A DNA stretch of 64,000 nucleotides from an uncultured Acidimicrobiaceae bacterium (GTDB lineage Bacteria; Actinomycetota; Acidimicrobiia; Spongiisociales; ZC4RG35), in contig CAZLEQ010000006.1 of the NCBI GenBank assembly GCA_964558575.1, positions 12,923 to 76,922 of the forward strand, given 5' to 3'. Each line of letters begins with the position of its first letter. The first letter of the stretch is position 1. Under the pieces are notes generated by a model. The model did not search any database, was not told the origin of the DNA, and saw only the letters and a program-made list of their open reading frames with translations. Shown piece after piece: positions 1 through 10,793 of this stretch. The translations under genes and the position numbers were made by a program.

Positions 1-160
1 TGAGCGTCGACTTGCCCGCCCCCGGTGGGCCCGTGATTCCCACCACACTCTTGGGCGCGGGGAGCCCCGTCGACGACTGGTTCTGTTCCACCTGGGTGAT
101 AGCGCGGGACAGGGCGCGTCGGTCTCCCGACCGGACCAGATCGAGAAGGGTGGCGTCCAT
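1..160 (-). CDS. meaB: MeaB/ArgK-type G3E GTPase, N-terminal part (gene runs off the window start)
   Basis: Not in the ORF track because it is partial. Minus-strand translation from the ATG at 158-160 gives MDATLLDLVRSGDRRALSRAITQVEQNQ...VVGITGPPGAGKSTL, a typical MeaB N-terminus plus Walker A. Confidence 0.7.
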   Translation of the reverse strand, partial: MDATLLDLVRSGDRRALSRAITQVEQNQSSTGLPAPKSVVGITGPPGAGKSTL

Positions 161-181
161 CGAGCGGAGCCTAAGGGCAGT

Positions 182-520
182 TCAGAGCGTGGGGAGGGAG
201 ATGCCCACGCCTTCGGTGGCCTCTTCGATGGTGCCGGGGGCGTCGGCCGCGGCGATGACCTCGTTCACACCGGGAACCCTGTCTTTGAGGATCCTCTCGA
301 TCCCTGCCTTGAGGGTCATCATCGACAGCGGACAGCCTCCACAGGCTCCCACCATCTGCAGGCTCACCTTGCCGTCTTCGGCGCCGAGCAGGACGAGATC
401 ACCCCCGTCCGCCTGGACGGCAGGTCGTATGTAGTCGAGTGCCTCGTTGAGTTTGTCGAGGTCGATGGGCCCGTCAGCCGCTGACGAGGGCGCGATCGAA
501 ACCGGTGTTGCTTCTGTCAT
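182..520 (-). CDS. NifU-like (Nfu C-terminal domain) Fe-S cluster assembly protein
   Basis: ORF 182..568. Start moved to the internal Met (MTEATPV...). Has the conserved LQMVGACGGCPLSMMTLKAGIE CxxC motif of the NifU C-terminal domain. Confidence 0.8.
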   Translation of the reverse strand: MTEATPVSIAPSSAADGPIDLDKLNEALDYIRPAVQADGGDLVLLGAEDGKVSLQMVGACGGCPLSMMTLKAGIERILKDRVPGVNEVIAAADAPGTIEEATEGVGISLPTL

Positions 521-586
521 TCTCTGGTTGAAACCGAATGGGCTCGCCTGTTGTTCCCGATTGTACAACCCGTCGGAAGCGGTCGA

Positions 587-1837
587 TCAGTTGCGCTCGA
601 TCTGGGCTCCGAGGGAGGACAGACTCCCCACGAAGTCCTCGTATCCACGATCGATATGAGAGGCATTGCCGACTTCGGTGGTGCCGTCGGCGGCGAGACC
701 GGCGAGGACGAGAGCCGCTCCGGCCCGGATGTCCGGGGCGAGGACGGGACAACCCGAGAGACGATCGACGCCGCGGATGATGGCGTGCTGGGCCTCGATC
801 GAGATATTCGCCCCCATGCGCAGCAACTCCCCGACATAGCGATAGCGGGCGTCGTAGAGGTTCTCGGTGATCACCGATGTCCCGGTCGACAACGACAACA
901 GGGCGACCATCTGGGGCTGCATGTCGGTGTGGAACCCGGGATAGGGCAGGGTGGCGAAGTCGATGGGTTGCGGGCGTTCCGGGCCCTTCACACGCAGCCA
1001 GCCATCTCCGCGTTCGACGTCACACCCGGCCGCCTCGAGCTTGGTCAGCTCCATCCTGAGGTGGTCGGGATGGCAACCGGTCACGGTCACGTCACCTGCG
1101 GTGATGGCTGCAGCCACCGCGTAGGTCCCCGCCTCGAGTCGGTCGGGGACGACCCGGTGTTCGACCGGCTCTAGGCGGTCTACCCCCTCGACGGTCAAGA
1201 GCGAGGTGCCCGCACCCTCGATTTCGGCCCCCATCGCGTTGAGCTGGGCGATCAGATCCTGAATCTCGGGCTCTCGCGCCGCATTGACGATGACGGTCTC
1301 CCCCTCGGCGAGAACACCGGCAAACAGGAGATTCTCGGTCGCCCCCACCGAAGGGAACGGCAACTCGATCTCCGTGCCCTTCAGCCGCCCGTCCACCGTC
1401 GCCACCAGCTCACCATGGACCAAGTCGAAAGACACCCCCATCTGCTCAAGCCCATGGGTGTGCCATTCGATGGGTCGCGCTCCGAGGTCGTCTCCCCCTG
1501 GCAGGGCCACACGTGCCTCGCCACATCTGGCCAACAGCGGGCCCAGGACCACGATCGAAGCCCGCATCTGCCGGACCAGTTCGATGGGTGCCTCGGGCCG
1601 CGGCTCGTCGGGGACGACCACCCAGATCTCATGATCGGACCGCTCCACCCGGCAACCGGTGTGCTCGAGTACTCGGACCATCAGATCGACGTCGAGAATC
1701 GAGGGCACGTTCGTCAGGTGATGCCTGCCGGGGGCGAGCAGGGTGGAGACGATCTCCTTGAGAACCGCGTTCTTGGCGCCGAGGGTGCTGACGGTGCCGG
1801 TCAGGCGCGCTCCGCCCTCGACGAAGATCTTGGACAT
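587..1837 (-). CDS. murA: UDP-N-acetylglucosamine 1-carboxyvinyltransferase
   Basis: ORF 587..1918. Start trimmed to MSKIFVEGGARLTGTVSTLGAKNAVLK (ATG at 1835-1837). Full-length EPSP-synthase-fold MurA signature throughout. Confidence 0.93.
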   Translation of the reverse strand: MSKIFVEGGARLTGTVSTLGAKNAVLKEIVSTLLAPGRHHLTNVPSILDVDLMVRVLEHTGCRVERSDHEIWVVVPDEPRPEAPIELVRQMRASIVVLGPLLARCGEARVALPGGDDLGARPIEWHTHGLEQMGVSFDLVHGELVATVDGRLKGTEIELPFPSVGATENLLFAGVLAEGETVIVNAAREPEIQDLIAQLNAMGAEIEGAGTSLLTVEGVDRLEPVEHRVVPDRLEAGTYAVAAAITAGDVTVTGCHPDHLRMELTKLEAAGCDVERGDGWLRVKGPERPQPIDFATLPYPGFHTDMQPQMVALLSLSTGTSVITENLYDARYRYVGELLRMGANISIEAQHAIIRGVDRLSGCPVLAPDIRAGAALVLAGLAADGTTEVGNASHIDRGYEDFVGSLSSLGAQIERN

Positions 1838-1916
1838 TCCCGTGAATCTACCTGTGCCGAATGCCAAGGCCGGGTGACCGCCGAACGCGTCCGCCTCGCT
1901 ACGCTGCCGCCCGTAC

Positions 1917-2357
1917 ATGAGAATTGCTGTCGGTTCCGACCATGCCGGATTCTTGTTGAAAGAACATCTCGCCTCGTGGCTCGCCGAGTCGGGTCACGCC
2001 GTCTACGACCTGGGGACGCACTCCTCGGACCCGGTCGACTACCCGGACTACGCGGCTGCGGTGGCGCAGGCGGTGCTGGATGGTCGGGCCGACCGGGGCG
2101 TGATCGTGTGTGGATCCGGAGCCGGCGCTGCGATCGCGGCAAACAAGTTTCAAGGGATCAGGGCAGGGGTCGCCCACGACAGCTACACCGCGCACCAAAT
2201 GGTCGAGCACGACGACGCCAACATCCTCTCCCTCGGCTCGCGAGTGATCGGCCAGGCGCTGGCCGAGGATCTGGTCAAGACCTTCATCGCGGCGAAGTTC
2301 TCGCGTGACGAGCGTCACATGAGACGTCTCGACAAGATAAGGGCTCTCGAGGGCTGA
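1917..2357 (+). CDS. rpiB: ribose-5-phosphate isomerase B
   Basis: 146 aa. [18 protein letters not shown]...[16 protein letters not shown] is typical of the RpiB/LacAB family. Confidence 0.92.
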   Translation: MRIAVGSDHAGFLLKEHLASWLAESGHAVYDLGTHSSDPVDYPDYAAAVAQAVLDGRADRGVIVCGSGAGAAIAANKFQGIRAGVAHDSYTAHQMVEHDDANILSLGSRVIGQALAEDLVKTFIAAKFSRDERHMRRLDKIRALEG

Positions 2358-2370
2358 CCTCGAGCGGTAG

Positions 2371-3033
2371 CTACCCCTCGAGGCTGGAGGCGGCGAGACC
2401 GGCCAGGGCGTTGAGACCCTGTAGCCCGATCTCACCCGAGAGGCGACCGAGGTTCTCGTTGTCCGGTCCCAAGATCACATAGGTCGGCGTGCCAGTCATC
2501 CCGTAGGCCGCGACGATGCTGCCGCTCTGGTCGTCCTTGATCGTCGGGCTGGTCCAGCCTTCCCCGTCCAGCCAGTCCTGGGGAGGCCAGGTGGAGCCAT
2601 CACGCACACGATTGGTGAGAACGGTGGCCCCGTAGAGATCCACACCCTCGGGAAGCCCACCGCCGGCGACCCACTGCTGGATCACCGGAACCTCGACCTG
2701 GCAGTGCGGGCACCAATGGGCCAGCAAGACGATGATCTTCGCCCTTCCGTCGGGCCCTATCGTCATCGTGGTTCCGTCGAGACTCTCTCCGGTGACGGTG
2801 GGGGCGGTGAACCCGACTGCAGGGTCGGCAGCGCCCGAGGGGAGAACCGGCAGGTTCTCTCCCTCGACGGTGACCTCGCCGAAGGCGATGCTCTCCTCGA
2901 CGGCTCCCTCTCCGGCAATGGCGATCGCCAGCCAGACGATGAGCCCGAGACCGACGACACCGCCGACGATCCAGTAGATCAGGCTCTTGCTGCTCGAAGA
3001 CTGCTTATTGCTCGATGCTGTTCTTGTTGACAT
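2371..3033 (-). CDS. membrane-anchored TlpA/ResA-like thiol-disulfide oxidoreductase
   Basis: 220 aa. N-terminal TM helix, then a thioredoxin fold with a WCPHCQ active site. Confidence 0.85.
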   Translation of the reverse strand: MSTRTASSNKQSSSSKSLIYWIVGGVVGLGLIVWLAIAIAGEGAVEESIAFGEVTVEGENLPVLPSGAADPAVGFTAPTVTGESLDGTTMTIGPDGRAKIIVLLAHWCPHCQVEVPVIQQWVAGGGLPEGVDLYGATVLTNRVRDGSTWPPQDWLDGEGWTSPTIKDDQSGSIVAAYGMTGTPTYVILGPDNENLGRLSGEIGLQGLNALAGLAASSLEG

Positions 3034-3541
3034 AGAAACCCAGTAGGACGGCTATCACGATAAACCCGGAACCGGCCATAAACGGGATGCTGATGAATCC
3101 GAAGATGTCGACGAAGATCGCCGAGCATGGGTTCGACGGGTCACAAGCGCCGCTCTCGAGATTGGGCACCCGCTGGAGGATGTAGTGGTAGATCGAGATG
3201 CCGAGACCGATCAGGGCGAGGGGCAGGGCGTGGTATTTGACCTGGAACTCCCTCCTGATCGCCCCCACGAGAAGGACGACGGCCAGTGGATACATGGCGA
3301 TCCGCTGGAACCAGCACAACCGGCAGGGCGGGAAGTGGATGACCTCCGAGTAGATCAGCGAGCCGACCGTGGCGACCAGGGCCACGATCCAGGCGAGCCA
3401 TATGGCCTTGGTTCCCAAGAGAGTGGCCGCCTCCGGTCCACGGGCGACCCGGTAGGCGAGCAGACCGGCGGCGGTGAGCAGCGCCACCAGGGCGAGGAGG
3501 GCCACGATCGTGCTGTAGAGGAAGATTGCGTTCTGGGTCAT
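3005..3541 (-). CDS. DsbB/BdbC-family disulfide bond formation protein
   Basis: 178 aa, four predicted TM segments. CRLCWFQR motif plus a second Cys pair (GACDPSNPC). Overlaps the downstream TlpA-like gene. Confidence 0.8.
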   Translation of the reverse strand: MTQNAIFLYSTIVALLALVALLTAAGLLAYRVARGPEAATLLGTKAIWLAWIVALVATVGSLIYSEVIHFPPCRLCWFQRIAMYPLAVVLLVGAIRREFQVKYHALPLALIGLGISIYHYILQRVPNLESGACDPSNPCSAIFVDIFGFISIPFMAGSGFIVIAVLLGFYVNKNSIEQ

Positions 3542-3648
3542 CTAACGGTCGGCCACCATATTCGCCGGACCTCGTGGTTATGGGGTCTCCGCCATCGCCA
3601 TCGTCTCCACTGATTAGGGTGACCGACCGTCGCCGACCAACCCGCGGA

Positions 3649-4617
3649 ATGACCATGACCCAGGATCCGAGATCCCGTGACATCGCCCACGTTGGATCGG
3701 TGGAGCTCTTCACCCCGACCTTCGAAGAGAGCCGGTCGTTCTTCGTCGACCTCATGGCCATGGACGAGGTCGGCCGCCGGGGAGACTCGGTGTATCTCCA
3801 CGCCTGGGACGACTACGAGCGATTCACCGTCAAACTCACTGCCCGGGACACCGCCGGGATCGGTCGAATGTACCTGCGAGCTGCCGGGCCCGACGCCCTG
3901 CAACGACGCGTAGAGGCGCTGGAGAGCCACGGGAGCGGGGGACGCTGGGTCGAGGACGAGCTGGGACTGGGCCCGATCTATCTCACCGAGGACCCCGACG
4001 GGCACGAAATCGGCCTCTACTGGGAGACCGAGCGCTACGAGGCGTCGCCGGATCTGAAACCCTCTCTGAAGAACCAGGCGGCGATGTTCCCCGGGCGCGG
4101 GGCGAACATCCGACGGCTCGACCATGTCAACTATCTCGCCGTCGACATCCCGGCCAACCTCGACTTCATGACCAACGCCCTGGGAGGCATGCTCACCGAG
4201 CAGATCCTCTCCGAGGAGGGCCCCACGGCGGCGACCTGGGTCACCTTCAGCGACAAGTCGTACGACGTGGTCCACACCGTGGACCGCACCGGGACCATGG
4301 GGCGTCTCCATCACATCGCCGTGGCCACCGACACCAGGGAGGACATCCTCCGCGCCGCCGACGTCTGTCTCGAGAACGGGATCCACATCGAGACCGGCCC
4401 CCACAAGCACGCCATCCAACAGACCTTCTTCCTCTACGTCTGGGAGCCGGGTGGGAACCGGATCGAGTTGTGCAACGCCGGGGCCAGATTGATGCTGGCG
4501 CCCGATTGGCCCCCGGTTTCCTGGACACCCGAGGAGCGGGCCAAGGGCCAGGCGTGGGGCTTGAAGACGATCGAGACCTTCCACACCCACGGCACTCCAC
4601 CTGTCGAGCTGGACTGA
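3649..4617 (+). CDS. extradiol ring-cleavage dioxygenase (catechol 2,3-dioxygenase-like, two VOC domains)
   Basis: ORF 3526..4617. Start set to ATG 3649 (MTMTQDPRSRDIAHVGSVELFTP). Has the conserved H..H..E VOC pattern and a WEPGGNRIEL C-terminal motif. Confidence 0.8.
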   Translation: MTMTQDPRSRDIAHVGSVELFTPTFEESRSFFVDLMAMDEVGRRGDSVYLHAWDDYERFTVKLTARDTAGIGRMYLRAAGPDALQRRVEALESHGSGGRWVEDELGLGPIYLTEDPDGHEIGLYWETERYEASPDLKPSLKNQAAMFPGRGANIRRLDHVNYLAVDIPANLDFMTNALGGMLTEQILSEEGPTAATWVTFSDKSYDVVHTVDRTGTMGRLHHIAVATDTREDILRAADVCLENGIHIETGPHKHAIQQTFFLYVWEPGGNRIELCNAGARLMLAPDWPPVSWTPEERAKGQAWGLKTIETFHTHGTPPVELD

Positions 4618-4700
4618 GGGACCCAAGCCGTGGGACCTTCGCCTCTGGCGCGGTTCGCCCTCGATCGCCATGTTCATCACAGACGACCGAAGGAGGGCAC

Positions 4701-5063
4701 ATGTCAACGACCACAGAGCTGCCAATCGATTCGATTGGCGAGCTCGCTAGCCGACTTCCCCAGCCCGGGACCGCAGACGTGACCATAGAGGTCATCGGTG
4801 AGGACATCGGAGACCAGATCCAGGTGGAGCGACTCCCGTGGCACGCGCTCATCTATGACGAGACCGAGAAGGTCCTGGAGCTGTCCGTGGGTGCGCGCGG
4901 TAGGAATTTGGAAGTCGTGTTCCGCCACGAGGTCCACAGTCCCATGAGGATATGGGTCGAAGAAGAGCCCGGAGCCGTGAAATCGATGAACATCCAACAT
5001 GAAGACGGCACGCAGACGATCGTCCGCTTCCTCGAACATCGTGCCCTGGGAGCCGGCTCGTAG
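4701..5063 (+). CDS. hypothetical protein (120 aa)
   Basis: Internal ATG 4701 of ORF 4470..5063, preceded by a strong GAAGGAGGG Shine-Dalgarno. I recognise no family. Confidence 0.55.
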   Translation: MSTTTELPIDSIGELASRLPQPGTADVTIEVIGEDIGDQIQVERLPWHALIYDETEKVLELSVGARGRNLEVVFRHEVHSPMRIWVEEEPGAVKSMNIQHEDGTQTIVRFLEHRALGAGS

Positions 5064-5127
5064 GGACGGGCCGCGCTTCGCGAGCGGTCTTCGTGCCCCC
5101 GGTTGCGCTACCCGCGCTCTCGCGGGC

Positions 5128-5574
5128 CTATTCGGTGGTCACCAGGGTCCGCGAGGTTAGATGGCCCACCTTGTGGGAGACGCTTCCCATGAGGATTCCG
5201 CCCAGGTCTCCGAGGCCGCGACGTCCCATCACGATCCAGTCGGCGTCCTGGTCCTCTGCGTAGCTGACGATCTGGTGGGCTGGCGCCCCGATGAGCACAT
5301 CGGTCTTTCTGACGTAACCACCAGTCTCGCGCACGATGTTGGCTGCATTGACGACCAGATCCGCACCCATGCCCTGGAGCAGTTCGCGTTGGCTGATGGC
5401 GATCTTCTCAGCGCGTGCATAGTCCTGAATCGGGCCGGCGGTCACCAGGCTGCTCTCGGATACCACATTCACCACATCGACGGGGGCGCCGAAACCCTGA
5501 GACAACTCCCCTGCGACCCGTGCTGCACGCTCTGAGTGATCGGAGCCATCGATGGCGAGAAGAATCATATTCAT
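5128..5574 (-). CDS. universal stress protein (UspA family)
   Basis: ORF 5128..5730. Start trimmed to MNMILLAIDGSDHSERA (ATG 5572-5574). C-terminal G..G....GSVS ATP-binding motif. Confidence 0.88.
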   Translation of the reverse strand: MNMILLAIDGSDHSERAARVAGELSQGFGAPVDVVNVVSESSLVTAGPIQDYARAEKIAISQRELLQGMGADLVVNAANIVRETGGYVRKTDVLIGAPAHQIVSYAEDQDADWIVMGRRGLGDLGGILMGSVSHKVGHLTSRTLVTTE

Positions 5575-5774
5575 GCTCTGTCCTTTCCCCGTCGATCCTC
5601 GCCGAGACAGTCCCCGCCCGCTAGGGCCTAAAGCCCCACTACCGGGAGACAAGAGTCGGTGTCTTCCACGGCCCGACATCGAATCCAGCGAGCACGACAG
5701 GAAAGGGACCTTCGTGCCCAACTGAGGCATTTCGACCCTAGCCGCCTGAACTGGCGGTATGGCACCCTCGAGAC

Positions 5775-7553
5775 ATGAAGACCCAGTATCCGGTGATCGA
5801 GAAACCGGGGTCTCTCTCGGCGTCGTCGAACCTCGGCTCTTACGAGGAGACGAGACGACGTTTCAGCTGGGAGGACGCAGCGCGTCATCTCGCCGGGCTC
5901 CCCGGCGCGAAGTGGAACATCGCCCATGAGGCCGTCGACCGTCATCTCTTGGACGCCGGCGATCGGGTGGCCATCCGCTGGTTGGGGCGGAGAGGCGACA
6001 CCAGGGAATATACCTACGCAGAGCTGGCCGAACTGACCTCGAGATTCGCCTCCGGCCTGCGCGACATCGGAATCGGGAAGGGCGATCGGGTCTTCATCCT
6101 GTCGACCAGGATCCCCGAGTTATATGTGGCCACTCTCGGCACGCTGAAGAACGGCAGCGTCGCATCTCCGCTGTTCTCGGCATTCGGCCCGGAGCCGATC
6201 GAGACCAGACTGTCGTTGGGGGCAGGAAAGGCGCTGGTGACCACGGAGTCTCTCTACAAGAGGAAGGTGGCCGCGATACGTGACCGCCTACCGGGACTCG
6301 AGCATGTGATCGTGGTCGGGTCACCAACGCCCGACACGGTGTCTTTCGAAGACCTCTTGAAGGACGGCGACCCCACGGCCACTGCGGAGCCGATGGATGG
6401 CGAGGACATGGCATTGCTCCACTTCACCAGTGGCACCACGGGTGCCCCCAAGGGAGCAGTTCACGCTCACAAGGCTGTGCTCCACCACCACGTGTCCGCC
6501 CGGTACGCCCTCGACCTCCGCGAGGGGGACACTTACTGGTGCACCGCGGACCCGGGATGGGTGACCGGGATGTCCTATGGGATCATCGCCCCCCTCTCCC
6601 ATGGTGTGACCTCGGTGGTGGACGAGGGTGAGTTCGACCCCGACCGTTGGTACCGGACGATCGAGGAGCAGCGGGTGACCGTCTGGTACACCGCGCCCAC
6701 CGCCATCCGAATGCTGATGATGGCGGGAGAGTCGGTGGCCGAGAAATATGACCTCTCTTCGCTGCGCTTCGTGGCCAGTGTGGGAGAGCCGTTGAATCCG
6801 GAGGCGGTTGTCTGGGGGGAACGGACACTCGGTTTGCCCATACACGACAACTGGTGGCAGACCGAGACCGGGGGAATCATGATCGCCAACTTCATCGGCG
6901 AGCCGATCCGCCCCGGTTCGATGGGCCGTCCTCTCCCTGGCGTGGCGGCAACGATCCTGAGACGTGACAGCCTCGGAGAGGTCCGGCTCAACCCCGACGG
7001 CACCGCACAGGAGGAAAGCAAACCGTTGACCGAAGGAGAGCTGGCACTCCGTCCCGGGTGGCCGGCGATGTTCCGGGGTTACATCGGGATGGATGAGAGA
7101 TATGCCAAGAGCTTCGTTGGCGGCTGGTATCGGACCGGCGACCTCGCCGAGCGCGACGAGGACGGCTACTTCTGGTTCGTCGGCCGCGGCGACGACGTAA
7201 TCAAGTCGGCGGGGCATCTCATCGGTCCGTTCGAAGTCGAGTCGGCGCTCATCGAGCACGAGGCGGTATCCGAGGCAGGGGTCATCGGCACGCCCGACCC
7301 CGTCGCCGGAGAGGTGGTCAAGGCATTCGTCGCTCTCAATGCCGGCTACGAATGGTCCGATGACCTGCGGAGGGAACTGATTGCCTGGGGCAGGGTCAGG
7401 CTGGGCGCCTCGGTGGCACCGCGCGACATCGAGCTCTGCCAGAACCTCCCCCACACCCGCTCGGGAAAGATCATGCGTCGACTGCTCAAGGCATGGGAGC
7501 TGGGGCTCCCAACCGGTGACACCTCGACGTTGGAAGGCGAGGAGACGAGATGA
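5775..7553 (+). CDS. acetyl/propionyl-CoA synthetase-type AMP-forming ligase
   Basis: 592 aa. Motifs [11 protein letters not shown] and WWQTETGG. Stop overlaps the next start (ATGA). Confidence 0.88.
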   Translation: MKTQYPVIEKPGSLSASSNLGSYEETRRRFSWEDAARHLAGLPGAKWNIAHEAVDRHLLDAGDRVAIRWLGRRGDTREYTYAELAELTSRFASGLRDIGIGKGDRVFILSTRIPELYVATLGTLKNGSVASPLFSAFGPEPIETRLSLGAGKALVTTESLYKRKVAAIRDRLPGLEHVIVVGSPTPDTVSFEDLLKDGDPTATAEPMDGEDMALLHFTSGTTGAPKGAVHAHKAVLHHHVSARYALDLREGDTYWCTADPGWVTGMSYGIIAPLSHGVTSVVDEGEFDPDRWYRTIEEQRVTVWYTAPTAIRMLMMAGESVAEKYDLSSLRFVASVGEPLNPEAVVWGERTLGLPIHDNWWQTETGGIMIANFIGEPIRPGSMGRPLPGVAATILRRDSLGEVRLNPDGTAQEESKPLTEGELALRPGWPAMFRGYIGMDERYAKSFVGGWYRTGDLAERDEDGYFWFVGRGDDVIKSAGHLIGPFEVESALIEHEAVSEAGVIGTPDPVAGEVVKAFVALNAGYEWSDDLRRELIAWGRVRLGASVAPRDIELCQNLPHTRSGKIMRRLLKAWELGLPTGDTSTLEGEETR

Positions 7554-8512
7554 CCGAGAACCGGCTTCACCTCCTGGAGCGCATGTTGCTGATCAGGCGC
7601 TTCGAGGAGAGATGCGCCCAGCTCTACCAGGCCGAGAAGATCAGGGGCTTCCTCCATCTCTATATCGGTGAGGAGGCTGTGGCCACCGGCGTCATGGAAG
7701 CACTCGAGCCTGACGACGCGGTGGTGGCCACCTATCGTGAGCACGGCCATGCCCTGGCCCGGGGGGTGGACCCGCGGGTCATCATGGCCGAGATGTTCGG
7801 AAAGGTGGAGGGCTGCAGTCGTGGCCGGGGAGGTTCCATGCATCTCTTCGACGCATCCACCAGGCTCTACGGGGGCAACGCCATCGTCGGTGGGGGGCTG
7901 CCCCTGGCGGTGGGCCTCGCCCTCGCCGACAAGATGAACCACCGCCCGAGGGTAACCGCAGTCTTCTTCGGGGAGGGTGCCGTCGCCGAAGGTGAGTTTC
8001 ACGAGTCGATGAATCTCGCCGCCCTTTGGGACCTCCCGGTTCTCTTCTGCTGCGAGAACAACCTCTACGCCATGGGGACGGCCCTCGAGCGATCTCATTC
8101 ACAAACCCGGTTGACGCTCAAGGCGGCCAGTTACGAGATGCCGGCATGGGAGGTCGACGGGATGGATGTCATCGCCGTGGAGGGAGCGGCTCGAAAGGCC
8201 GCCGAGGCGGTGCGAGCCGGCGGTGGACCCCACTTCCTCGAGTTCAGCACCTATCGCTTCCGGGCCCACTCGATGTTCGACCCGGAGCTGTACCGGGAGA
8301 AGGAGGAGGTCGAGGACTGGAAGGGCCGAGACCCCATCGAGTCGCTGCGCGAGACGTTGGCCGGCGAAGGTCTCTTGGATGATGCGACCTGGAGTGATCT
8401 GGAAGAGCGAGTCGCCGAGCAGGTGGGTGGAGCGGTGGCATTCGCCGAGGCAGGGACCTGGGAGCCCGTCGAAGACCTCACCCGGTTCGTCTACTCGGAG
8501 GTGGGAACGTGA
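7550..8512 (+). CDS. TPP-dependent 2-oxoacid/acetoin dehydrogenase E1 alpha subunit
   Basis: 320 aa. TPP-binding region [37 protein letters not shown]. Confidence 0.9.
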   Translation: MTENRLHLLERMLLIRRFEERCAQLYQAEKIRGFLHLYIGEEAVATGVMEALEPDDAVVATYREHGHALARGVDPRVIMAEMFGKVEGCSRGRGGSMHLFDASTRLYGGNAIVGGGLPLAVGLALADKMNHRPRVTAVFFGEGAVAEGEFHESMNLAALWDLPVLFCCENNLYAMGTALERSHSQTRLTLKAASYEMPAWEVDGMDVIAVEGAARKAAEAVRAGGGPHFLEFSTYRFRAHSMFDPELYREKEEVEDWKGRDPIESLRETLAGEGLLDDATWSDLEERVAEQVGGAVAFAEAGTWEPVEDLTRFVYSEVGT

Positions 8513-9510
8513 TGACCGATCTCGTTGCGCCACCAGCCATCACCACATACCGCGAGGCAATTCGCGAGGCCATGTGCGAGGCGATGAGACAGGACGACCG
8601 AGTGTTTCTGATGGGCGAGGACGTCGGCCGATATGGCGGCTGCTACGCAGTGTCGAAGGGAATGCTCGAAGAGTTCGGACCGGAGCGAGTGCGTGACACC
8701 CCGCTCTCCGAGTCGGCTTTCGTAGGCGCCGGGATCGGTGCCGCTCTCGCCGGGATGCGTCCCATCGTCGAGGTGATGACCGTCAACTTCTCGCTGCTCG
8801 CTCTCGACCAGATCGTCAACACCGCCGCGCTCTACCTGCACATGTCAGGGGGTCAGTTCAACGTCCCCCTCGTCATCCGGATGGCGACCGGAGCCGGTCG
8901 TCAACTGGCCGCACAGCACTCCCACTCGCTGGAGGGTTGGTATGCCCACGTCCCTGGGCTGAGAGTTCTCGCTCCAGGAACGGTCGCAGATGCCCGCGGG
9001 ATGTTGGCCCGGGCTCTCGACGACCCGGACCCGGTGATCATCTTCGAGCATGTCGGCCTCTACAACATCGAAGGTGAGACATCCGACGCCGCCAGGGGAC
9101 CCGTTGACATCACCACAGCAGAGATCCGGCGTCCTGGAAGAGACGTCAGCCTCGTCACATACGGAGGAAGTCTGCCCAAGGCAATCGACGCCGCCGGAGA
9201 ACTTGAGGAGCAGGGGATCTCAGCAGAAGTGCTCGATCTCAGGGTGCTCCGGCCTCTCGACAAGACCGCGATTCTGAGCAGCGTGGCCGCCACCCACAGG
9301 ATGATCGTCATCGATGAGGGTTGGAAGACCGGTGGTATCTCGGCCGAGATCGCTGCCATCGTCGCCGAAGAAGCCATCTGGGAGCTCGACGCCCCCATCG
9401 CCCGGGTCTGCTCTGCGGAGGTCCCAATTCCCTATGCCCACCACATGGAGCAGGCTGCTCTCCCCCAGGTGTCCGGAATCGTGGAAGCGGCGAAGAGGTT
9501 GGTCGGATGA
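8509..9510 (+). CDS. 2-oxoacid/acetoin dehydrogenase E1 beta subunit
   Basis: 333 aa with transketolase-like pyrimidine-binding and C-terminal domains. GTG-ATG start overlaps the E1 alpha stop. Confidence 0.9.
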   Translation: MMTDLVAPPAITTYREAIREAMCEAMRQDDRVFLMGEDVGRYGGCYAVSKGMLEEFGPERVRDTPLSESAFVGAGIGAALAGMRPIVEVMTVNFSLLALDQIVNTAALYLHMSGGQFNVPLVIRMATGAGRQLAAQHSHSLEGWYAHVPGLRVLAPGTVADARGMLARALDDPDPVIIFEHVGLYNIEGETSDAARGPVDITTAEIRRPGRDVSLVTYGGSLPKAIDAAGELEEQGISAEVLDLRVLRPLDKTAILSSVAATHRMIVIDEGWKTGGISAEIAAIVAEEAIWELDAPIARVCSAEVPIPYAHHMEQAALPQVSGIVEAAKRLVG

Positions 9511-10793
9511 CGACCGACTTCGTGCTTCCCTCCCTGGGCGCCGACATGGACGAGGCGATGCTCGTGGCCTGGTTGGTGGAGCCCGGTGATCGCGTCGAGC
9601 ACGGACAGGTCATTGCTGAAGTCGAGACCGACAAGGGTGTGATCGAGATCGAGTGCTGGCACGAAGGCCTGATCGAGGAGCTCTTGCGCCAACCCAGCCC
9701 GGAAAAGTTGGCGGTGGGCACCCCCCTCGCAAGAATCGCCACCGATGCCGAAGACGTCGTCGAGCCCCCCTCCGCGGCACCCTCCCCATCCGCTCCCCCT
9801 CTCCGGAGAGCAACCAGACCGGGGCGACCGGCTCCACCCCCGATCCGTCATCTCGCCCACACCCAAGGCGTCGACATCGACCAGATCGCCGGGACGGGAG
9901 CCGATGGGTCAGTTACCCGGGAGGACATAGAGAGGGCAGCCCGCCTCGAGGCGCCGCCGAGTGCGACACCGCTCGAGCCCGAGGCCGGGCGAATCAAGGC
10001 GTCTCCTCGGGCACGGGCCCGGGCATCGGAACTGGGTGTGGACATGAGGACTGTTTCCCCCACCGGGCCAAATGATCTCATCGTGTACCGGGACCTCGAG
10101 GGAGCTGCGACGCCGGTGGAGGAGGACAAGCTGGCGGCGATGCGAAGAGCGATCGCCCGCTCGATGAGTCGATCCAAGCGGGAGATCCCCCACTACTACC
10201 TGGCGACCCGGATCGATATGCATCGGGCGTTGACATGGCTCGAGGCGGTGAATGCCGAGCAATCGATCACGAAGAGGATCCTGCCCGCGGCGCTACTCCT
10301 GAAGGCGACCGCCAGGGCGACTCGCGCGGTCCCCGACCTCAACGGCCACTGGAACGACGGGGGGTTCGCACCCTCGGAGCCGGTGCACCTGGGCGTTGCC
10401 GTCTCGTTGCGAGGAGGCGGTCTGGTAGCCCCGGCCATCCACGACGCCGACACGCTCGAACTCGGGCAGCTCATGGAGCAACTGCGCAATCTCGTGGCCA
10501 GGGCGCGCTCCTGGCGTCTCAGGGGGTCCGAGATGTCCGACCCGACGATCACCGTCACCAATCTCGGTGATCGCGGTGTGGACGCCGCATTCCCGGTGAT
10601 CATCCCGCCCCAGGTGGCCATGGTGGGCTTCGGCAAGGTGGTCGAGGAGGTGGTCGCCGTCGACGGTGAGGCGGTGGTGCATCCTGTCGTCCACGCCACC
10701 CTGGCCGCGGATCACCGTGTTACCGACGGTCACACCGGTGGCCTCTTCCTGACCGAACTCGACCGGCTACTGCAGAACCCAGAGGAACTATGA
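9507..10793 (+). CDS. dihydrolipoamide acyltransferase (E2)
   Basis: ORF 9321..10793. Start set to ATG 9507 ([17 protein letters not shown]), overlapping the E1 beta stop. Lipoyl domain with an ETDKG lysine. Catalytic domain with DHRVTDG. Confidence 0.9.
   Translation: MTTDFVLPSLGADMDEAMLVAWLVEPGDRVEHGQVIAEVETDKGVIEIECWHEGLIEELLRQPSPEKLAVGTPLARIATDAEDVVEPPSAAPSPSAPPLRRATRPGRPAPPPIRHLAHTQGVDIDQIAGTGADGSVTREDIERAARLEAPPSATPLEPEAGRIKASPRARARASELGVDMRTVSPTGPNDLIVYRDLEGAATPVEEDKLAAMRRAIARSMSRSKREIPHYYLATRIDMHRALTWLEAVNAEQSITKRILPAALLLKATARATRAVPDLNGHWNDGGFAPSEPVHLGVAVSLRGGGLVAPAIHDADTLELGQLMEQLRNLVARARSWRLRGSEMSDPTITVTNLGDRGVDAAFPVIIPPQVAMVGFGKVVEEVVAVDGEAVVHPVVHATLAADHRVTDGHTGGLFLTELDRLLQNPEEL

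Noticed and set aside
3538-4725. 395-aa minus-strand ORF antisense to the dioxygenase gene. Similar long antisense or shadow ORFs occur at 6321..7454, 14512..16062, 44104..44916, 45537..46460, 53687..55747, 58129..59058 and 63257..63973.
   Set aside because: These are typical high-GC shadow ORFs. Their translations are Arg/Gly/Pro/His-rich with no recognisable motifs, and the opposite strand carries a confidently identified gene in each case.
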